From the NCBI GenBank assembly GCA_046496215.1, contig JAWOHH010000139.1:8346-72345 (forward strand): a stretch of 64,000 nucleotides of DNA. The letters run 5' to 3'. Positions within the stretch are counted from its first letter, which is position 1. Each line of letters begins with the position of its first letter. The stretch is from Desulfobacterales bacterium. Lineage in GTDB: Bacteria > Desulfobacterota > Desulfobacteria > Desulfobacterales > SpSt-501. The position numbers and the translations under genes are program-made. Of the stretch, positions 58,283-64,000 are shown piece after piece. The notes beneath the pieces were generated by a model. That model was given only the letters and a program-made list of their open reading frames with translations, was not told where the DNA came from and ran no database searches.

Positions 58283-59257
58283 TCACGAACGGGGTCGGGT
58301 CAGAAACTCGCGACAGTGCCGCAGCATGGCGCTTGCATTCCGAGGGGAGAGCCAGACGATACCGGAAATCGCCCTGAACCAGGTCAGCTGGCGCTTGGCG
58401 AAGCGCCGGGTGTCGCGCTTCAGGGTCCGCACGGCCTCCGGCCGATCGAGGCGGCCGGCGATCAGGGCGGTCATGTGGCTGTATCCGATGGACTGCATGG
58501 GTTTGAGCTCCGGCCCGTAGCCCCGGGAGAGAAGCCCACGGACCTCCTCCTCCAACCCGGCCGCGAGCATGGCATCCACGCGCCGGTCAATGCGCTCGTA
58601 AAGAGGCTCGCGTTCCAGGTCCAGTCCGATCATCAATGGGTCGTAGGGATCCTCATTGAAGCGATGGGCGCGGTGGAAGGCCGAAATGGGACGCCCGGTC
58701 GCCTCGAACACCTCCAGGGCGCGCAACACCCGGGCGGTATCGTTGGGGTGCAGCCGGGAGGCGGTCTCGGGGTCGCAGGCGGCCAGCCGGGCATGGAGCC
58801 TTTGGATCCCCTCCGACTGGGCTTCGGCCGCCAGACGCAGGCGCACGGCGGAATCACCGACATCGGAGCGAAACAGGCCGTGCAGCAGGGACTTGATGTA
58901 TAGCCCGGTTCCGCCGACCACCAGGGGCACTCTTCCGCGCCGGAGCAGCGCAGTCACCTGTTCCCGAGCCAGGAGGGCATAGCGGGCCGCATCGAAAGGC
59001 TCGTCCGGATCGACCACATCGATCAGGTGATGGACGGCGGCGGCGCGCTCAGCGATGGTCGGTTTGGCCGTTCCGACGTCCATGTGCCGATAGACCTGCA
59101 TGGAGTCGGCGCTGATGATCTCCCCGTCCAGCGCCCCCGCCAGTTCGATGCCGACGGCGGTCTTGCCGGCCGCCGTCGGCCCGCAAATGACGAGGACCCT
59201 TGGCTTGCACACCGGCAGTGGCGCTTGATCCGACGAGGCTGTTTTGCTGATTCCCAT
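58283..59257 (-). CDS. miaA: tRNA dimethylallyltransferase
   Basis: GPTAAGKT, ISADSMQVY, VGGTGLY, AKRQLTWF; start uncertain. Confidence 0.95.
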   Translation of the reverse strand: MGISKTASSDQAPLPVCKPRVLVICGPTAAGKTAVGIELAGALDGEIISADSMQVYRHMDVGTAKPTIAERAAAVHHLIDVVDPDEPFDAARYALLAREQVTALLRRGRVPLVVGGTGLYIKSLLHGLFRSDVGDSAVRLRLAAEAQSEGIQRLHARLAACDPETASRLHPNDTARVLRALEVFEATGRPISAFHRAHRFNEDPYDPLMIGLDLEREPLYERIDRRVDAMLAAGLEEEVRGLLSRGYGPELKPMQSIGYSHMTALIAGRLDRPEAVRTLKRDTRRFAKRQLTWFRAISGIVWLSPRNASAMLRHCREFLTRPRS

Positions 59258-59314
59258 GACGCTGCGTTTCCGCAAACCGAGGCTATCCGGTCGGCGTGAG
59301 GGGACAGAGGCGAA

Positions 59315-61258
59315 TCACCGGCGCGCCGCTTCCGCCGGCCTGGCTTGTCCCCCGGCAGGCGCCTGCCGCGGCAGCGTCAGGCGAAAGCACGCGCCGTGCC
59401 CTGGCCTGGACTCAACGGCGATCTGGCCCCCGTGCTGGCGGATGATCCGATCGGTGAGGAAAAGCCCCAGCCCGGTGCCCTGGCTTCCCTTGGTCGAAAA
59501 AAAGATGGTGAAGAGCTTCTGCAGCTGTTCGGCGCTCATGCCGATGCCGTTGTCCTCCACCGTGATGGCCACCGTCTCGGCGTCGGCCTCGATCCGCAGC
59601 ACCGTCCGGGGCTCGCGGTAAAGACCCTGGGCGACGCAGGCGTCGACGGCATTCTCGAGCACGTTGACGAGCGCCGACCGCAGCATGTCGGCGTCCACCT
59701 CAAAGGAGGCCGGCAGGCCTTTGAAGTCGCACTCCAGCAGGATCCCCTTGCCGTCGAACAGCGGATGGACGGATTCCACCACCTCCTCGGCAAAGGTGCG
59801 GACGTCGACGGTGGAGCGCTGAAGCTCCCGCTCCCGGGCGCAGAAGAGAATGTCCATGATCATCTTGCGCACGCGGCCGACCATGCGCCGGACCACATCG
59901 AGGCCGGTCTCGATCTGAGAGTCGTCCCTTTTTTGGAAGCCCTTGTCGAGCAGATAGACGCCGGCGTCCAGGCCCGTCAGAACCCCCTTGATGCTGTGCG
60001 AGATGGAGCCGATCATCAGGCCCAGGGAGGCGAGATTGCTCTGCAGCTCCCGGATCTGGGTGATGTCGAGCAAGATCAACAGCACCTGCATGAGCTTGCC
60101 GGCCGCCGTGGAGATGGGGGAGGTCCAGACCAAGAGATGGTATTGCCGGCCGTTGGGCCCCACCAGGGTCATCTCCCCCTGCCGGGAGCGTGCGTCCCGG
60201 AGCGTCTTGTGGACGGGCGAGGCGAGAAAGTCATCCTCGCCCAGTTGGAACACATCCCGGAAGGCCGTGCCGGTCCGGTTGCCGAATTCATGGATGAAGG
60301 CCCGGTTGTTGGCTGAGAAGAGCAGGTTCCGATCCAGCACCGCCAAGTAGCACGGTACGGCGTCGAACAAGAGCTGATAGCGCTGCTGGGTGTTTTGCGT
60401 ATCCTCCCGGAGCCGCTTGATGTCCTGGGTGCCCGCGGCGACTTCCAGCACCAGCTCGACGTTCCCGTCGTTGTCGTAGAGGGGGGCCGTGTGGACGATC
60501 ACCGGCACCTTGGCGCCGCTGCGGTAGCGCACGATCTCTCGGGACTTCAGGGCACTCGCCGAACGCAGCGTGCGACCCACCGGGCAGCCGTTGGAATCGC
60601 CGGATGCGCCTTCGTAAATCGAACCGCTGCCGTCGCCGGCGTGGGCGCCGAGCAGGGTACGGTAGGGGCGGCTCGCCGCGAGCACCCGGGCCCGGCGGTC
60701 GTGGATGGAGACGAAATAGGGCATCTCGTTGAAGTAGCGCACTCCGCCCTCCACGTCCCGGGCGATGCGGCCGATGAAGGTCGAGATCTTGTCGACGATC
60801 TGCTTGACGGCGAGAAACCGCTCGGTCTCCAGCTGCTGCCGGAAACGCTTTTGGAGGCGGCGCTCGATGCGCGCGGGTTGCTCCCGCAAACGCCGCCGCA
60901 GGTCGACGCGGTCGCAGGCCCCGCGGACCATGGCCTCCAGGCCGAGGGGGGAGGTGGCGGACCCGACAAACCCATTTGCGATCCGCCGCAGGCGCTCCAT
61001 GACCCCGGTCCGATCGGTAAGGACCAGCACCTCCGCCTGTCGGCAGCGGCGCTTGAGCAACCGCGCGAACCTTGCCAGGTCCGTCTCCGGCAGAGAATCG
61101 CCGATCAGCAGGACCTTCGGCCTTCCGGTCGATGCGGCCTCAAGGGCCCCGGCAGCGTCGGTTGCCGCAAGGACACGGTAGCCGGAACCGGAGAGCATCG
61201 TCTGCAGTCTCGCCTTCCGCTCGCTATCTGTGTCAACGACCAGCACGGTCTCAGGCAT
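59315..61258 (-). CDS. Cytoplasmic histidine kinase: degenerate receiver, two PAS domains, HisKA/HATPase
   Basis: SISHSIKG H-box, NAVDAC, DNGIG, FFSTKG..GTGLGL. Confidence 0.88.
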   Translation of the reverse strand: MPETVLVVDTDSERKARLQTMLSGSGYRVLAATDAAGALEAASTGRPKVLLIGDSLPETDLARFARLLKRRCRQAEVLVLTDRTGVMERLRRIANGFVGSATSPLGLEAMVRGACDRVDLRRRLREQPARIERRLQKRFRQQLETERFLAVKQIVDKISTFIGRIARDVEGGVRYFNEMPYFVSIHDRRARVLAASRPYRTLLGAHAGDGSGSIYEGASGDSNGCPVGRTLRSASALKSREIVRYRSGAKVPVIVHTAPLYDNDGNVELVLEVAAGTQDIKRLREDTQNTQQRYQLLFDAVPCYLAVLDRNLLFSANNRAFIHEFGNRTGTAFRDVFQLGEDDFLASPVHKTLRDARSRQGEMTLVGPNGRQYHLLVWTSPISTAAGKLMQVLLILLDITQIRELQSNLASLGLMIGSISHSIKGVLTGLDAGVYLLDKGFQKRDDSQIETGLDVVRRMVGRVRKMIMDILFCARERELQRSTVDVRTFAEEVVESVHPLFDGKGILLECDFKGLPASFEVDADMLRSALVNVLENAVDACVAQGLYREPRTVLRIEADAETVAITVEDNGIGMSAEQLQKLFTIFFSTKGSQGTGLGLFLTDRIIRQHGGQIAVESRPGHGACFRLTLPRQAPAGGQARPAEAARR

Positions 61259-61437
61259 GGTGGCTTATCTCGAAATCAACTCTGGCGGTGGCGATGAATT
61301 CTGGATGCGCGGCTGCCCTATTTGCAGCGCCTGAAGCCGACGCGGGCGTCCTGCCGCGAGTGAGCGTCAATAGCGGAACAGGGGGGTACGCCCGATGGCG
61401 GGAGTCATCCTCTCAGGCCGGGTGCAAGGCCGACCCG

Positions 61438-61788
61438 TCAGCCGATGGTGTTCTTGATGATCCCGATCAGCTTCTCCGGGTCGAAGGGCTTTTTTATGAA
61501 CGCGATGGCGTCCTTGATGGCGTGGTCACCGTCGATCCCGCTGATGACGATGACGGGGGTGTTTTTCAACTCCTTGTCCTGGCGCAGCTTGCGATAGAAC
61601 CTCGGGCCCCACTCCCCGGGCATCTGGATGTCGAGCGTGATCAAATCCGGCTTTTCCCGTCGGACCACATCGAGCCCTTCCATGCTGCTGGTGGCCGTGC
61701 AGGTGGCATAGCCGTTGTCGCTGAAGACCGCCTGAAGGTACTTGACGATCACCGGATCGTCATCGACGATGAGGATTTTTTTCGGCAT
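61438..61788 (-). CDS. Single-domain response regulator (DVU0259-like)
   Basis: ILIVDDD, LDIQMPGEWGPRFYRKL, KP; follows tmcA. Confidence 0.88.
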   Translation of the reverse strand: MPKKILIVDDDPVIVKYLQAVFSDNGYATCTATSSMEGLDVVRREKPDLITLDIQMPGEWGPRFYRKLRQDKELKNTPVIVISGIDGDHAIKDAIAFIKKPFDPEKLIGIIKNTIG

Positions 61789-61799
61789 CAGCCCCTCCC

Positions 61800-62201
61800 T
61801 TACTTGCCGGCGGCCGGATTCGGCCGCCAGACATGGCATTGACCGCACATCACGGGACCCCTCTTTTGCTGAAGATGGCATCCCTTGCAGTTGGCGTGAA
61901 ACGCCTGCGTCAGGCCGGGGACACGGCCCTGGGCGTCCGGACCGTGGCAGTCGGCGCAGCGCTGGTCGATCGAGTGTTCATCTTCGACCTTTTTTCCGTC
62001 CTGATACACGTGGTGGCACTCGGCGCAGTCGTCGATGCCGGCCTTCTCGTTGTGCGCATCGTGTCGGAAGAGCGAAGGCGGCCGCTGGGGCTTCTCGAAG
62101 GGGCTGGTGTCCACCACCACCATGTCCTCCTGAGAGAACACGGGGGCAAGGGCCCACAGGGAGAGTACCGCCGCCAGGAGTGCCAATACCCATCGTTTCA
62201 T
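61800..62201 (-). CDS. tmcA: Acidic tetraheme cytochrome c3 TmcA
   Basis: Signal peptide; four CxxCH motifs; FRHDAHNE. Confidence 0.92.
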   Translation of the reverse strand: MKRWVLALLAAVLSLWALAPVFSQEDMVVVDTSPFEKPQRPPSLFRHDAHNEKAGIDDCAECHHVYQDGKKVEDEHSIDQRCADCHGPDAQGRVPGLTQAFHANCKGCHLQQKRGPVMCGQCHVWRPNPAAGK

Positions 62202-62216
62202 CGATCCACCTCCTCT

Positions 62217-63554
62217 TCACCCGGCCGGTTTCTCGATGACCTGGTAGAGAATGTCGCCGAGAAACTTGACCTCGAACCCGATGTGATAGTGATGGTTGAT
62301 GTCCTCCAGACCGCTGTGGCAGTTGTGGCAGGGGGTGATCAGCACCTTGGCGCCCTTGGCCTTCACCGCAAAGAGCTGCTCGGCCTTGACACGGTTACCG
62401 GTGACGCGGTCCAATTTGTAGGGCGGGCCGCAGTTGATGACCCCGCCGCCGGCGCAGCAGCAGATGTTGTGCTCGCGGTTGGGGGTCATCTCTATCAGGG
62501 TCTCGCACATCATGTTCACCACGGCCCGCGCCTTGTCCGCCAAACCGCCGCCTCGCACCACGTTGCAGGGGTCGTGCAGGGTCACCGGCTCATCGAACTT
62601 CTTGGCCACTTTCAGGCGCCCCTGCGAGAGCAGATCGTGGTAGAAATCGATGGCGTGCACGATGGGGATGGGCGGCATGCGCCAGCCCAGCCAGCGATTG
62701 CCCACGTCGTAGACGGAGCGAAACGCGTGCCCGCACTCGCCCATGACGATCTTCTTGACCTTGAGCCGCATGGCGGTCTCGAAGTGCGCGCGCTTGATCC
62801 GCCCCATGATCTCGTTGTCCCCGGTGAACATGGCCATGTCGCTATTGTCCCAGCCAGGGGTGGCCGGCATGGTCCAGTCCAGGCCGGCCAGGTTCATGAA
62901 AACCGCCGCCTGATAGATCAGCTGGGCCTGGAACTTCGGCTCGGGGCCGATCACCGAGTACATGATCTCGGCCCCCTCCTTTTCGAGGGGGATCCTCAGG
63001 CGGGGGACCTCGCCCCGGGCCTCGTCCTCCTGCCACTGCAGGGTGTCGATCCACTCGTCCTCCTTGACCCACATCTGGTTGGTGGTGACGGAGTGGCTGT
63101 TGGCCGTGTCCTGGATGTACAGGGGCGTGACTCCGAGCAGGTGGCATATCCGGCGAACCACCAGCATCAGGTAGGCCACGTCGATGCCGAAGGGGCAGTA
63201 CATGGCGCAGCGCTTGCAGAGGTTGCATTGGGTGGAGGCGATCACCCGCGCCTGCTTTATAAACTCCGGATTCACTCTGCCGCGCTTTTTGATCATCTCC
63301 CACAGGGTCTGCTTGACCTTTCCCACCGGCGAAAACCGGGGGTCCCGGTCGTGGGAGAGAAAGTAGTGGCAAGCTTCCGAGCACAGGCCGCAGTGCACGC
63401 AGGTCTCGACATACGCTTTGAGCCGGGCGCCGGTCTCCGAATCCAACACCCGGTTGATGACCTTCTCGATCCGTTCCTGGGTGAGGCCCTGGATTCCCCG
63501 TTCGAGCCCTTCGTCCACCTGCTTCTTCTGCTCTTTCGCTTCGGATTCCGCCAT
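62217..63554 (-). CDS. tmcB: TmcB Fe-S/CCG-domain subunit
   Basis: CVHCGLCSEAC, CNLCKRCAMYCP, ECGH, HDPC, CCCAGGG, PCHNC. Confidence 0.9.
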   Translation of the reverse strand: MAESEAKEQKKQVDEGLERGIQGLTQERIEKVINRVLDSETGARLKAYVETCVHCGLCSEACHYFLSHDRDPRFSPVGKVKQTLWEMIKKRGRVNPEFIKQARVIASTQCNLCKRCAMYCPFGIDVAYLMLVVRRICHLLGVTPLYIQDTANSHSVTTNQMWVKEDEWIDTLQWQEDEARGEVPRLRIPLEKEGAEIMYSVIGPEPKFQAQLIYQAAVFMNLAGLDWTMPATPGWDNSDMAMFTGDNEIMGRIKRAHFETAMRLKVKKIVMGECGHAFRSVYDVGNRWLGWRMPPIPIVHAIDFYHDLLSQGRLKVAKKFDEPVTLHDPCNVVRGGGLADKARAVVNMMCETLIEMTPNREHNICCCAGGGVINCGPPYKLDRVTGNRVKAEQLFAVKAKGAKVLITPCHNCHSGLEDINHHYHIGFEVKFLGDILYQVIEKPAG

Positions 63555-63624
63555 TTCACCGCTCCCAGCCCTTCGGCTATGGTACCTTAGGTCAGTTTTT
63601 CTTACAGCACTTGCTCATCGCCGC

Positions 63625-63888
63625 GCCCAAAGCCCACGTTCCCCGCTGAAGCGGGGCAGGCACGGCGCGTGAGCCTCTGCGGCGCGAGGCGTATCCCGCC
63701 GAGGCGGGACCGCAGTGCCCGCAAAGCGAAACGCAACGCCGAAATTGGGCTTTCGGCTATCTTACACGGCGGAGCCCAAAGCCCGGATTCAAGGCGCGCG
63801 AGGCCCGCCGAGCAAGGCGTACTCCGGTACGCCGCAGCGAGCGCGGGCCGATGCGCAACGCCGAAGCCGGGTTTTCGGCTCCGCCGTG
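63625..63888. repeat. Two tandem copies of the palindromic element between tmcC and tmcB
   Basis: 63765-63888 has inverted ends CACGGCGGAGCC/GGCTCCGCCGTG and GGCGTAC..GTACGCC; 63625-63757 is eroded with mini-hairpin inserts. Confidence 0.85.
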
Positions 63889-63893
63889 GGGGG

Positions 63894-64000
63894 CTACCAG
63901 TCGCGGGCATGCCGCACCCCCCCAAACTCGCTGCCCATGTAAGCTCTTGTGAGGGGAGCAAAGAGCATGTGGACCAGCCGGGTAAAGGGGATGACCGCCA
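63894..64000 (-). CDS. tmcC: TmcC membrane subunit (3' end only)
   Basis: Hand translation ..AVIPFTRLVHMLFAPLTRAYMGSEFGGVRHARDW*; upstream of tmcB. Confidence 0.85.
   Translation of the reverse strand, partial: AVIPFTRLVHMLFAPLTRAYMGSEFGGVRHARDW

Noticed and set aside
61290-61412. Further copy of the 125-bp element (GATGAATT..GTACGCC..GAGTCATC)
   Set aside because: Only scattered motif matches; too degenerate to support.

Overview
GC-rich chromosomal window, most likely from a sulfate-reducing Desulfobacterota (Desulfobacterales-like); this is inferred from the TmcABC, Ech and DVU0259-type regulator genes. Housekeeping and energy genes: mlaFE, ABC-F, TPP-riboswitch-controlled cytX, gdhA, nudC, pncB, mlaA, a complete trpEGDCFBA operon, rubrerythrin, ppdK, thiolase, tamB-tamA, sigma54-driven echABCDEF, miaA and tmcCBA with a two-component pair. 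Less ordinary content: (1) an AT-richer island (about 3.1-6.1 kb) with one intact integron attC cassette, a collapsed attC and no integrase; (2) a FadR-controlled HypD (trans-4-hydroxy-L-proline dehydratase) module without proC, followed by an Fe-S serine-dehydratase-like gene coupled to a cytoplasmic sulfite-oxidase-family gene, with an 18-bp palindrome twice at that promoter and once inside hypD; (3) a trp attenuator (unannotated WWW leader peptide) with two duplicated terminators that could act as a relay; (4) a family of about 125-bp covarying hairpin elements just after stop codons inside the ech and tmc operons; (5) eukaryote-like proteins (plant-type hydroxypyruvate reductase, EHD-like dynamin). 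All family assignments come from motifs read by eye and from recalled sequences; no searches were run.
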